Below, piece after piece: positions 37,718 to 47,158 of a DNA stretch of 64,000 nucleotides. The notes under the pieces are model-generated. The model was not told the DNA's origin. It did no database searches and saw nothing but the letters and a program-made list of their open reading frames with translations. The first letter of the stretch is position 1. Every line of letters begins with the position of its first letter. Made by a program: the position numbers and the translations under genes. Source of the DNA: a virus (Duplodnaviria; Caudoviricetes); the IMG/VR virus record IMGVR_UViG_3300027864_000205, positions 9,929-73,928 of that record; one strand, 5' to 3'.

Positions 37718-38343
37718 CCTCGCACCTCCGATTTATCTATCCGTTCGAGTGTATAAGCCCAAACCCAATCATTGCGTTCCCATGATTCTTTGCCGTATAC
37801 GCTAATCCACAAATCCTCAAACCACTCTTTAGGAAAGTTTGTAGGGCAACTATCATCGCAGCACCCGCAATTAGAAAGCCCCACACATCTATAAGGGAAT
37901 CCTTCTAGGCGAATATCCGAATCACTTATATCCTGCACCCTTTCAACTTTCAACGCAGTCACTCTCAGGAATATCCGCGCCACTTCTTTGGGCATGTGGA
38001 TACTGGGTCGCCACATACCAACATATTCAATAGGCATTGTCTTTTCACACGCATAATCCGCTTTATACGCATAATGCGGTGGCGCGACACAGACGTTTTG
38101 CCATGCCTCTCTTACATAGAGGATGTCACCGACTTGGCAGGGTGGCTTTATCTTATCGCTTATACCGCTTTCACCATTATCAAAAAGCACTTTCCCTATG
38201 TCTCTTTTATCTCCTGTTGTGCTTGTGCAAATTCCTAAAGCTCTTGTGCCTATCGGCTGAGGCTTAATCGGTCTACGTGTCATCGTCTTTGTGCCGTCAA
38301 GTATCGCACGAACCATTTCCGTGTTGAATAGTATGGGTTTCAT
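37714..38343 (-). CDS. ASCH/PUA-like phage protein
   Basis: MKPILFNTEMVRAILDGTKTMTRR, GDILYVREAW, WRPSIHMPKE..RIFL.V. Confidence 0.8.
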   Translation of the reverse strand: MKPILFNTEMVRAILDGTKTMTRRPIKPQPIGTRALGICTSTTGDKRDIGKVLFDNGESGISDKIKPPCQVGDILYVREAWQNVCVAPPHYAYKADYACEKTMPIEYVGMWRPSIHMPKEVARIFLRVTALKVERVQDISDSDIRLEGFPYRCVGLSNCGCCDDSCPTNFPKEWFEDLWISVYGKESWERNDWVWAYTLERIDKSEVRG

Positions 38344-38666
38344 TGCTCTTCCGCTCCTTTGATTGTTGAATATACATAATCGGCGACTTGCTCGCAAAAA
38401 TTGTCTCTGTTTTCGTCCATATGCTCACAAGGCTCGTCAGCGTAATCGATTTCACTGTATCTGTATATGTCGCAATCTGGACGTTTACAACCTTTGCAAA
38501 TTTCAAGTTCTTTTATCTCGGGTGTCTTGGCTGCAATTGAATAGTAATCTGCTTCATCAACTTCTGCAAAGCGCGAATCGGTACATATGCAAAACCCGAA
38601 CCCATTTCCGCAATAATCAATAACTTCACATTCGCCGCAATGTTGTTCTAATTTTCCTATTTTCAT
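38340..38666 (-). CDS. Cys-rich hypothetical protein
   Basis: CGECEVIDYC...CIC...CKGC. Confidence 0.7.
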   Translation of the reverse strand: MKIGKLEQHCGECEVIDYCGNGFGFCICTDSRFAEVDEADYYSIAAKTPEIKELEICKGCKRPDCDIYRYSEIDYADEPCEHMDENRDNFCEQVADYVYSTIKGAEEQ

Positions 38667-38675
38667 ACTGCATCC

Positions 38676-39044
38676 TCATTTGCCTTCGGTTCGACCTGGG
38701 GCTTCATAAAATCCTGCCATACAGTTCGGACATTTGTAGTCACCTACGGGATGGTGTTCGGGCAGCACTGGCTTTTTAGTGTTTTTGCCTCTCAATACCT
38801 CAATTTCAGCTATTAGTTCCGGTAATATATTGCGAACTTCGACAATGAGTTCGAAATTCGGATTAAATGCGTGTCCGAACTGGTCAGGGATGCTGTCGCC
38901 GGGATGTTCGCGCAGCTCACTCGAAATAAGAAACGCGCCTTCCCTTTCATGGTATGCGTGAATTTCAGGATGCATGCCATCATAGCTCCATGGTCCCGGA
39001 GTCGCAGTCTCGTGTAATCTTTGTAGTTTTTCTAAGTTAATCAT
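38676..39044 (-). CDS. Ead/Ea22-like protein
   Basis: ATPGPW...N.ELIVEVRNILPELIAE. Confidence 0.65.
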   Translation of the reverse strand: MINLEKLQRLHETATPGPWSYDGMHPEIHAYHEREGAFLISSELREHPGDSIPDQFGHAFNPNFELIVEVRNILPELIAEIEVLRGKNTKKPVLPEHHPVGDYKCPNCMAGFYEAPGRTEGK

Positions 39045-39126
39045 TTCAGGTGCCTCATCTTTCTCTCTACTAAATCATTCGTTATTTTTGCGAAGTAACT
39101 CTTTAAGCATAATTTTTCAACAACAC

Positions 39127-40944
39127 CTATCCCGCCATTTCTTCCATTAGTTTTGACATTGTCACTATCTTCTTTCCACACAGCTCTGGAAGGTTTGCTC
39201 TGACAATTGCCTCTGAAAATGGCGGCGGTACCGCATTCCCACAACGGGCAACTTGTGCCGCTTTACTTATCGGTGAGCCCAATGCACCAGCATCTATCAC
39301 ATAATCAGACGGAAAAACCTGAGCATTAAAAAGCTCTCTAGGTGTGAGCATTCGCAAGCCTATGTCGGTTATTGCATACTGCTGACCGCGTATAGTAACA
39401 AGCCCTAAGCGGTCTTTTGATGTGATGGTATGTGTCGGGGCGGTTATATCTTGCGCATCATCACCGCCGTAATATTTAATCAACAACGCTCTAACTTCGC
39501 CGAAATGCCCTGCACTTGTGAGTATCGTATTGAGTGGTTCTCTGAGGTCTTGACCGTTGCTGTTATTGCGAAACAATGTGAGTTGCGAAGTGATTAGTGC
39601 GTTATGGTCGATTGCAGTTACTGTGTTTAGCGGGTCTGTGACACTGTTTCCTTTTCCATCATAACCGCCACTATAGTATTTACTAAGAAAAGACATCACC
39701 ACGCCGTAGCGGTTCTCGGTGTCCACGGTCAGTAATGGTTTCTCTATTGACTGACCTCTGGTTTCGTCCTTGCCTTGCTCGTCGTGATACTGAATGAGTG
39801 TCGGTGTGACAAGTATATTGCGACCACCTGTTGTTACTGTCGGCAAAGGCTCGTTTGCACCAGTAGGCACGTTATCACTCATGTTTGGTACGATGCATGG
39901 AGTAACGCTTGCTTCAATCACACATTGCTCTGCTTTGGAAACGATTGTTCTGACAGGCTCATCGACGGGATACGACCTGTCGCTGGTAAAGCCAGTATGT
40001 CCTATTGCAGTCATCGTCGGAACAACAATCCCAAGCCCATTTTTTCCAGTCATTGTGTTAGTAGGCTCACCTATGCTATGACCTCTAAAATCATCACCGC
40101 TTCTGTTCACCTGCACAACAAAAGGCTCAGGATTGTCGAGTACAAATTTCTTTATCCCTCGCGCAATGCGCCTAAGTGTTTTTTCTGCAAGAGGTCTTAC
40201 AGCTCTCACACCATACTGCTGTTGAATTTCCGCAGAGCTTGCGAATATGGAAGGACACGGAAGATTCCAGTCAATTATCTCTGCGGCTGTGCGCCACGGT
40301 TTCAGCTTGCCGCTTTTAACGGCTTCGCTGTCCGGGGCACCGTGCGTAGGTCGGGGCCAGACTATAGGCGCATCGTCACACCGAGCAATCAAGAAAAGTC
40401 TCTTGCGTATCGTTGGTGCCCCATAGTCGCATGCCCTAAGCTCTTCCCACTCCACTTTGTAACCGTGATGTTTTAGTGCATTCACAAAGCTGTGGAATGT
40501 ATGCCCTTTCTTTTCTTTGACAGGGTGTCCTGCTTTGTCAAGCGGACCCCAATCCTTGAATTCTTCTACATTTTCCATAGCAATCATTCTCGGCCGGACA
40601 GTTGCCGCCCATCGCACAGCTACCCATGCAAGACCCCTAATCTCTTTTTTGCGCGGCTTTCCACCACGCGCCTTGCTGTGGTGCGTGCAGTCAGGCGAGA
40701 GCCATACAAGTGCGACTCGTCGCCCTGCGGTCACTTGCCGAGGGTCAACTTCCCATACATCCTCACAATAATGCTTTGTGTATGGGTGGTTGCGCATGTG
40801 CATAGTTATTGAATCAGGGTCGTGGTTAATCGCTATATCCACAGGTCGCCCGGTGGCAAGTTCAATGCCTGTAGATGCGCCTCCTCCTCCTGCGAAATTA
40901 TCAACTATTAACTCATCGAATATTGAGGTTTGTTTTTTCGTCAT
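39127..40944 (-). CDS. C5-cytosine DNA methyltransferase
   Basis: DNFAGGGGAS, WLSPDC.HHS, MENVEEF, YGAPTIRKRLF, CGNAVPP. Confidence 0.93.
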   Translation of the reverse strand: MTKKQTSIFDELIVDNFAGGGGASTGIELATGRPVDIAINHDPDSITMHMRNHPYTKHYCEDVWEVDPRQVTAGRRVALVWLSPDCTHHSKARGGKPRKKEIRGLAWVAVRWAATVRPRMIAMENVEEFKDWGPLDKAGHPVKEKKGHTFHSFVNALKHHGYKVEWEELRACDYGAPTIRKRLFLIARCDDAPIVWPRPTHGAPDSEAVKSGKLKPWRTAAEIIDWNLPCPSIFASSAEIQQQYGVRAVRPLAEKTLRRIARGIKKFVLDNPEPFVVQVNRSGDDFRGHSIGEPTNTMTGKNGLGIVVPTMTAIGHTGFTSDRSYPVDEPVRTIVSKAEQCVIEASVTPCIVPNMSDNVPTGANEPLPTVTTGGRNILVTPTLIQYHDEQGKDETRGQSIEKPLLTVDTENRYGVVMSFLSKYYSGGYDGKGNSVTDPLNTVTAIDHNALITSQLTLFRNNSNGQDLREPLNTILTSAGHFGEVRALLIKYYGGDDAQDITAPTHTITSKDRLGLVTIRGQQYAITDIGLRMLTPRELFNAQVFPSDYVIDAGALGSPISKAAQVARCGNAVPPPFSEAIVRANLPELCGKKIVTMSKLMEEMAG

Positions 40945-40988
40945 ACCTATCTTTCCTCCATTTTTCAAAAATTGGACAAGGCTCATCT

Positions 40989-41627
40989 TTATACGTATCC
41001 TCTTGTTTTGCCTTGTTCGTGCCAGTAGTCGTTGTTCGGTTGGTTTCCTGTTTGGTGTATTACACCTCTAAGAGGGTCCTCAACTCGCACTTCGATTATT
41101 GTTTTTCCTAATTCCTTAAATATCTGGTCACGAATTTCATCGAGGGTTAGGTATTGGCTAAATCCCTCAAATCCAGAAGCATACTTACTTGTATTCCATC
41201 TTAGTTTTGCTTCTGAATATCGGTCGCGGGTAAGTCCTGTAACTATTAAAAGGGTTGATGTGGGATCATCACACCATATGGTGAGCTTTCCGTATTCCGC
41301 AGGATGGGGATACTCCTGATCTTCTGCGGGTCGTATGTCATTTTCGATTGTTGGGTCGTCACCCCAATCGTCGAGACATTCTTGACGGGTCAGAAAGTAG
41401 TTGACCCCTATGTTGTTCCATGAACTCCCGCCCTGACTGGGTATGCTGTTAAATTTGAAGCCGCCTCTCTCGGGGTGTTGCTCTATTGATAGAGGTTTCG
41501 GTGACCAATATACTTTTCCGTGATGAGCTGTTCTATCCATTTTCCATAGCACAGTCCCGATTGGGTATTGTTCCCGCTTTTGTTTTTGGTACTCAGCGTA
41601 TGTTTGCCCTTTTCTTGCCATCTTCAC
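40989..41627 (-). CDS. Hypothetical protein
   Basis: 212-aa ORF in early operon. Confidence 0.7.
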   Translation of the reverse strand: MKMARKGQTYAEYQKQKREQYPIGTVLWKMDRTAHHGKVYWSPKPLSIEQHPERGGFKFNSIPSQGGSSWNNIGVNYFLTRQECLDDWGDDPTIENDIRPAEDQEYPHPAEYGKLTIWCDDPTSTLLIVTGLTRDRYSEAKLRWNTSKYASGFEGFSQYLTLDEIRDQIFKELGKTIIEVRVEDPLRGVIHQTGNQPNNDYWHEQGKTRGYV

Positions 41628-41887
41628 CAGTCTGCCTCCTCTTCTGCCGCGCGCTTTAGTTTGTCATCAATGTCTTTGTTGTAAACACCGTTACAGTTCA
41701 TAGAGATTTTGCATGGACAGGCATGTTCCCAGCAACTATGCCAATATCCACAACCATACCTAGCGTTTATCTCATCAAAGAGTTCTTGTGTCATGCTTTT
41801 TCCATCTCCTTTCTCAAATTGAACTCCCACCTTGCTATAATTTTTCCACAATCGTTGCAACGTATCGGCTCTTCCATCACCAATCAC
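41624..41887 (-). CDS. Hypothetical Cys-containing protein
   Basis: 87-aa coupled ORF. Confidence 0.6.
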   Translation of the reverse strand: MIGDGRADTLQRLWKNYSKVGVQFEKGDGKSMTQELFDEINARYGCGYWHSCWEHACPCKISMNCNGVYNKDIDDKLKRAAEEEADW

Positions 41888-42104
41888 CTCCGCTCATTTG
41901 CGCAATATTAGACTGTACAACTACGTTAAACGGCTGCGGGTCGCCATCTGGGCTATGAGATAGACCTTTCATAAGGCAAATTGCATCTTGCGGAACAAAC
42001 AGATAAGCTTCAGGTTCATACTCGGTTATTTCATGCATCAGCTTACATAGCTCGTCAGTTAACCTCACGAACTTATTTATATGTTTTTGTTTAATCTTAT
42101 TCAT
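41877..42104 (-). CDS. Hypothetical protein
   Basis: GAGGT RBS; 75 aa. Confidence 0.7.
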   Translation of the reverse strand: MNKIKQKHINKFVRLTDELCKLMHEITEYEPEAYLFVPQDAICLMKGLSHSPDGDPQPFNVVVQSNIAQMSGGDW

Positions 42105-42198
42105 GTTACTACCTCGTATTTGCTTTCAAATTTCATTTTGTATCCCCAGCACGATTAGCATACCTGCTACTATTGGGTCGTTTGGCTCGAAGTCGTTG

Positions 42199-42597
42199 TT
42201 ATTCATCATGAGATACCGCGTGCCATGGATAGCAGCCACCACAATAACCGTTCCCACCAACTTCCTTGCCCTCTCCATCAAATATGGGAACGTAGCCACC
42301 ATCATCAGAATCGTACAACTCTTCGCATTCATGACACTTTTCATATGTATCAGGGAACACACCCAAGTGCTCCTGAAGATAGTATATGATGCTGAATGCA
42401 GTGCCGGCATCAAGCCTTGGATGATGCGCTAAAATCAGGCAATGTTCACCTTTATCGCCTTGCAGCATTTTGTAAAACGATTCCACTGCCTCTAAAGCTA
42501 CTTTTCCATTCTCAAGCTGGCTTTCACATAAATGCTTATTTTTGCACTTGCTACAGCCGTTATGCACATATCTTTCCTTAAATTCAATCTTAGCCAT
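42199..42597 (-). CDS. Hypothetical zinc-binding protein
   Basis: Probable start MAKIEF; CSKC, CHEC, CGGC. Confidence 0.65.
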   Translation of the reverse strand: MAKIEFKERYVHNGCSKCKNKHLCESQLENGKVALEAVESFYKMLQGDKGEHCLILAHHPRLDAGTAFSIIYYLQEHLGVFPDTYEKCHECEELYDSDDGGYVPIFDGEGKEVGGNGYCGGCYPWHAVSHDE

Positions 42598-42602
42598 TTG
42601 CG

Positions 42603-43343
42603 CTACCCTTTCCCTTCGTGGTTTTCCATTTCCTTTCTCAAATCGTCTTTGATATAGTAGTTTCGTCTGTGTTTTTTGCAAAGCTCGACACATTTATGAC
42701 CGAACTCGCCCCAGTTTATATCTGACGGGTGGTAGTTCATTTTGCCTATGCGGTAGAGGTCGATGAAATCATAACATTTTATAGAATTATATATTCCTGT
42801 CTCATCTATAACAGGCTCGCAAGACACCCATGTTTTTATTCTGCAATACTTAGCCAAAGCTAAGGTTGTCATTCTGTCATAATTGTCAGAAGCGTATGGC
42901 TCGCAATCGTCTTGATACCCAACGTCATCTAAACCGCCTGTATATGTCACCCCAAACCAATCGTTGCTGTCAAGCAAATCATGGTCACGCGCCGCAATTT
43001 CGCTACCCTTTGTAAGTATCTGCACATGATTTCCGCTGCCTTTTATGAGCTTGATTATCTCTCGTGTTACGGTGGTGTCGTATCCAACGGGGTATGGGTC
43101 GCACACGAACGAAAGGTGAATGAGCTTGCCTGTTATGCCCTCACGCTCTATTTGTTTTGCTGTAGCCTCAATTATGCTTTTTCGCGGCTCTACGTGGCTG
43201 TGAAACTCTTCACGGCTCTTGCGGAGTACAGAGGGTGCAAAACAGTATGTGCATGAATGTGGGCAACCAGTGTAGATGTTCAATGCAAGTGCATCCGGTG
43301 AATATTCCAAGGCTTTGCCTTTTGGTTTATATATTGGTTTCAT
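42603..43343 (-). CDS. Radical SAM protein (SPL-like family)
   Basis: NIYTGCPHSCTYCFA (CxxxCxxC), CDPYP, QILTKG, WVSCEPV. Confidence 0.88.
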   Translation of the reverse strand: MKPIYKPKGKALEYSPDALALNIYTGCPHSCTYCFAPSVLRKSREEFHSHVEPRKSIIEATAKQIEREGITGKLIHLSFVCDPYPVGYDTTVTREIIKLIKGSGNHVQILTKGSEIAARDHDLLDSNDWFGVTYTGGLDDVGYQDDCEPYASDNYDRMTTLALAKYCRIKTWVSCEPVIDETGIYNSIKCYDFIDLYRIGKMNYHPSDINWGEFGHKCVELCKKHRRNYYIKDDLRKEMENHEGKG

Positions 43344-43421
43344 TGTGAACCCTCCAATAATTTAGGACTGTTCGATGTCCTTAAAATAGTTTTGATAATT
43401 GTTGGGGCTGTTGTTTTGCTC

Positions 43422-44486
43422 TCATCGACTCGCCTCCGGGTGCAGCCTTACAGGGAGTATCATTGATGTTAGCTGGTTGTCCTTCATAACAATTGGAGTC
43501 GTTGCTGTGTTGTACGTTATTGTCACTATTTCAGACTTGTGCGCTTTTAGCGAATCACGCAAATAGCGGATATTAAAACCGATGCGAAGGCTTTCATCTA
43601 TGTCACCATCAACTTCTACTTCTTCCTTGAATTGTGCAGTAGCGGATTCTAAGGAAACAACCATTTTGCCGCCGGAAAAACTTATTGTAACCGGCGATTT
43701 TGTGAGGTCGTCCATGCAGATCTGCGCACGCTCAACGCAGTCGAGCATTGTTTTTCTGTCAACAGATACGATATTGCCTTCACAAGGCACGGCATTTTGA
43801 TAATTAAAGAACTCACCTTGTAACAAAATAGTGTATATGGCGTAATCCTCAGTTTTAAATACCATATTTTTGTCGGTATAGTTAATCTCTATTTCTCCCT
43901 CAATGCCCAACTTTAACAGCTTTTCGAGTGTTTCTTTTGGCACAACAAAAGAGAACTCATCATCAAAATCAACCTTGCTCCACGCAAGACGGAATCCATC
44001 AAGTGCTACAACATTGAGTTCGCCGCCAGTGGCCTCAAGCAGAACCCCTGTAGCTGTCGGTCTTGTTTCATTCGTTGCCACTGCATACATGACCGATGAC
44101 ACGAGGTCTTGAAGAGTGCTGATGCTGATTTTGCTCCCGTTGCTTTCGCCTGTCGGCTCGGCCGGTATAGAGAAGTTTTTAGCATCATCACTTCTGAATG
44201 TACTTTCTATCCCATCGGCAAATATCTCCACTGCTTCACCCTTGGTTGTGATTTCAATGGTGGTTTCAGGCAGTGCGGCGATAAAGTCCATTGCTTTTGG
44301 CATCAGGATTATCGGGTTCTTTAGTTCTGCTGATATTTTTGCTGTTATCCCTATTTTGAGATTATGAGCTGTGATTTGGTCGCCTGCCACCAGTACGCCT
44401 TGCTGTGCGGGGGGCAGATTCTTTTGTCCGGTGGCACTTCTGACCTTTTTTAGTTTCTCTGCAAATTCCCCTTTTTTGATTAACAT
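43422..44486 (-). CDS. dnaN: DNA polymerase III beta sliding clamp homolog
   Basis: 354 aa; RPTATGVLL, VALDGFRLA, GFNIRYL.D.L, ILPVRL. Confidence 0.88.
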   Translation of the reverse strand: MLIKKGEFAEKLKKVRSATGQKNLPPAQQGVLVAGDQITAHNLKIGITAKISAELKNPIILMPKAMDFIAALPETTIEITTKGEAVEIFADGIESTFRSDDAKNFSIPAEPTGESNGSKISISTLQDLVSSVMYAVATNETRPTATGVLLEATGGELNVVALDGFRLAWSKVDFDDEFSFVVPKETLEKLLKLGIEGEIEINYTDKNMVFKTEDYAIYTILLQGEFFNYQNAVPCEGNIVSVDRKTMLDCVERAQICMDDLTKSPVTISFSGGKMVVSLESATAQFKEEVEVDGDIDESLRIGFNIRYLRDSLKAHKSEIVTITYNTATTPIVMKDNQLTSMILPVRLHPEASR

Positions 44487-44499
44487 GCTTTAAGTCCTC

Positions 44500-44691
44500 C
44501 TATTTTGTTGTGTATTCGCCGTCCTTGAATATCTCGATATAGTGAATGTTCGGCGAATTTTGCTTTCCTTCTTGCTTCTCCTTACCGAAACGTACCATGT
44601 ATCCTGCTTTCAGTAGCAGTTGCCCAAGGGCAAGTCTGTCTTGCTCGTTCAAGGTTCCAAGCTTCTGACTGAATATCTTGTAGCTCATCAC
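44500..44691 (-). CDS. Small hypothetical protein
   Basis: DR..LG.LLLKAGY.VR.GKE motif. Confidence 0.7.
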   Translation of the reverse strand: MMSYKIFSQKLGTLNEQDRLALGQLLLKAGYMVRFGKEKQEGKQNSPNIHYIEIFKDGEYTTK

Positions 44692-46553
44692 GCGCTCCTC
44701 TCTATTGGTCTCAGCTTCTGTATGAATTCATTTGCAAAACTTCTGATTTCGCCTTTTGCAGATTGGTCACCAAAGCCGTATAACTGTAATATTTTTAGTG
44801 TTCGCATATCCACCTCTAAGGTAAAGTATGGTTTTTCTTTATTCTCGAGTTTTCTGACAAAAAACACCATCTGTTCACCTTTGATATGATTTTCGAAATA
44901 ACGGTCCATACCTACACAATGGTTGAGGGCTTGTCCTTCTGCGATAAACTCGCTCCGACTGGACGGGAATACGATACAGTGTTTCTCGTTACTGTGTTCC
45001 TTCAAGCCTGAGTATATCTTTTCTGTTGCTATTTTTAGTTTTTCATCATCTAAATGAAGCTTGACCTTGTTATAGCTTTCAACGAGCCTATCATGTGCCA
45101 CTTTGATGTTTTCAGGAAACAGTACAGATTTTCGCGACATGTCCACATTCATAGTGCTACACAATTCGAGGTAGTCGGCATACCATTTGATAGTTCGCCC
45201 TGCATTTCTTGCCATTCCTGTGACGGTTGCCTGTTTCGTAAAGTAATTTATGAATCGTTCAAAGCTCATAAGGGATACTATGCTTAAAGTCTCTCCATTT
45301 GCGACTAGGTCAAGGGCGCGGAGTTTTTCAAAATATGCAGGGCTTACCCAAGTCTTAGAACTTTGTATTATTCGGTGTTCTTCCCACGAAATATTGTATT
45401 TTCGGTACAGACTCTTGTACTCGCCGCGAACACCAAGTACCTCAGAGAAATTACGCCCTTTGTTTACAGACTCAGCGCTTGTGGATGCTAACTGTATGAG
45501 ACCTAGCTTAATGAGGTATTCAGCGACCGGGTACTTATCAATATTGCTCAGCAGACAAGGTAGCGAGACTTTGCCAGCACTTCGTAGCACCTCAGCAAGA
45601 TTTATGTTCTTGTAGACTTTCGTGTATGTTTCGGCAAGATTTTCTGTGTAAACGTGAGTGCTATCCGCGCATAAAACATCGTTTTGCTTTCGGTACCAGT
45701 AAGGTCCCCAAGCATAACCCATGTTCATCCACCTGTATGCATATGTAACCTTACCTCTTTTTGATGGTGCCTCTATCGTGCGGTAGTAATCTTTGAACGT
45801 GTAAAAGCTTTTCGGGGTCGGTGCTAAGTGTCTTTCTACGTTCACCCATTGCATGATAAGAGCGCCATTTGCACGGCTTACTATAAGAATTTTTGCTTTT
45901 TCGGGTTTCGTGCATCCCGTCCAGTCACCCCTGTAGATTGCGCTTTTTCCACACTTCGGGCAATTACTCAGGGTTCCTGACCTTGTATCTCCACTGAGTT
46001 TGAATCTCTTTCTGCAAAACGCACATACAGCACTCCGTTTTCCATTTTTCTTTTTGCTCATGAAAATATATGTTTTGTCGAACACATGCTCATCGCAGTA
46101 ATCAGCAAGGTTTGCAGGATACTCAGGGATCATTGCAAAGTGACCTTCCTGCATTGCGTACTTACTCGTTGTTCGTTTATCGCGACGCTCGCTCCCAATT
46201 TCCCACAAGTGTCCACTAACTATGCTGCGGAGAGGTTCTTCACTTTTCTTTCCGAAAAACTTACGAGCTTTTTTATCATCTTGCTCGCTTGATGATGCAT
46301 GGGGTTTGAGAATGTCATAACCTGTTTTTAAGTACCACTTCTCAGCAGGCCATTCATCGCACATAAGTGCATTCTTCCCGTCTGTGAATACTCTTTTATC
46401 GAGCTTCTTTGATTTGGCATCGTAGAAGTCGGCTACAAGAAGCTTTCCTGATCTCGGGAGTTCAACAACCTGTGCAGTAGCGACATAATAAGACTTATTG
46501 CATTTAGGGCAATCCAACAGAGGCACTGTCAGCATTTCTTTCTTTACGAGCAT
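44688..46553 (-). CDS. PcfJ-like domain protein
   Basis: CAFC, CPKC; C-terminal YADYL...FPENIKVAHD...EG.ALNHCVG...FFVRK...PYFTLE. Confidence 0.85.
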   Translation of the reverse strand: MLVKKEMLTVPLLDCPKCNKSYYVATAQVVELPRSGKLLVADFYDAKSKKLDKRVFTDGKNALMCDEWPAEKWYLKTGYDILKPHASSSEQDDKKARKFFGKKSEEPLRSIVSGHLWEIGSERRDKRTTSKYAMQEGHFAMIPEYPANLADYCDEHVFDKTYIFMSKKKNGKRSAVCAFCRKRFKLSGDTRSGTLSNCPKCGKSAIYRGDWTGCTKPEKAKILIVSRANGALIMQWVNVERHLAPTPKSFYTFKDYYRTIEAPSKRGKVTYAYRWMNMGYAWGPYWYRKQNDVLCADSTHVYTENLAETYTKVYKNINLAEVLRSAGKVSLPCLLSNIDKYPVAEYLIKLGLIQLASTSAESVNKGRNFSEVLGVRGEYKSLYRKYNISWEEHRIIQSSKTWVSPAYFEKLRALDLVANGETLSIVSLMSFERFINYFTKQATVTGMARNAGRTIKWYADYLELCSTMNVDMSRKSVLFPENIKVAHDRLVESYNKVKLHLDDEKLKIATEKIYSGLKEHSNEKHCIVFPSSRSEFIAEGQALNHCVGMDRYFENHIKGEQMVFFVRKLENKEKPYFTLEVDMRTLKILQLYGFGDQSAKGEIRSFANEFIQKLRPIERSA

Positions 46554-46566
46554 TGCCTTCCTCCTG

Positions 46567-47142
46567 TTAAAATAGTGTCAATTGCATAACTTCGGCTTTT
46601 GGCTCTTGCGGTGGTTCTGTTTTTGGTTTCTCTGCCCTTTGCTTCGGTTTTGCAGGTACTGGCGCTTTCACTTTTGGAACGCGAGTCAATTCTTCCGTTG
46701 TCGGCTCATCACCTGTTATTTCGACTTGCATAGTCATATGCACCTCAGAGTTCGGAAAGTAATACTTGACCGCAGCTCTGTACACATCAATGTCAGAGAC
46801 GGAGTTGCCGACACCCTCCATAATCTCCGCACAACAATCAGAGAGTGTCCTCGGCGTTAAGAGTACAGCTTTTGCAAATCGTTCATCCTGCTCGCTAAAG
46901 TTTGTCAGTGTCGCCGCAACAAATTTTGATACAACTTTTTCTTTTTGACCACCTTTGAACTTTTTTAGTTCATCAGAAATCTTCTCGGCGGCGGTTGCAT
47001 ATTGCTTAGGTTCGTTTGCTTCCTGTGGCTTTGCCAGTTCTGGTGATGTTTCATTCTTTTCTTCTGCCGTTGCTTCAATCGCCATTCTTGAAGCGGCCGC
47101 TCTCCATGCGTTGTCCGCGGGGTCTTTGTTAAAAATACTCAT
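46567..47142 (-). CDS. PcfK-like protein (family also labelled AcrIIA9-like)
   Basis: Upstream of PcfJ-like gene; TLSDCCAEI...VSD..VYRAAVKYYF; ends QLTLF. Confidence 0.6.
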   Translation of the reverse strand: MSIFNKDPADNAWRAAASRMAIEATAEEKNETSPELAKPQEANEPKQYATAAEKISDELKKFKGGQKEKVVSKFVAATLTNFSEQDERFAKAVLLTPRTLSDCCAEIMEGVGNSVSDIDVYRAAVKYYFPNSEVHMTMQVEITGDEPTTEELTRVPKVKAPVPAKPKQRAEKPKTEPPQEPKAEVMQLTLF

Positions 47143-47158
47143 ATCGTTCCTCCAAAGT

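Noticed and set aside
39041-39244. 67-aa minus-strand ORF overlapping the C5 MTase end
   Set aside because: Overlaps the conserved MTase motif X region in another frame and has no convincing RBS
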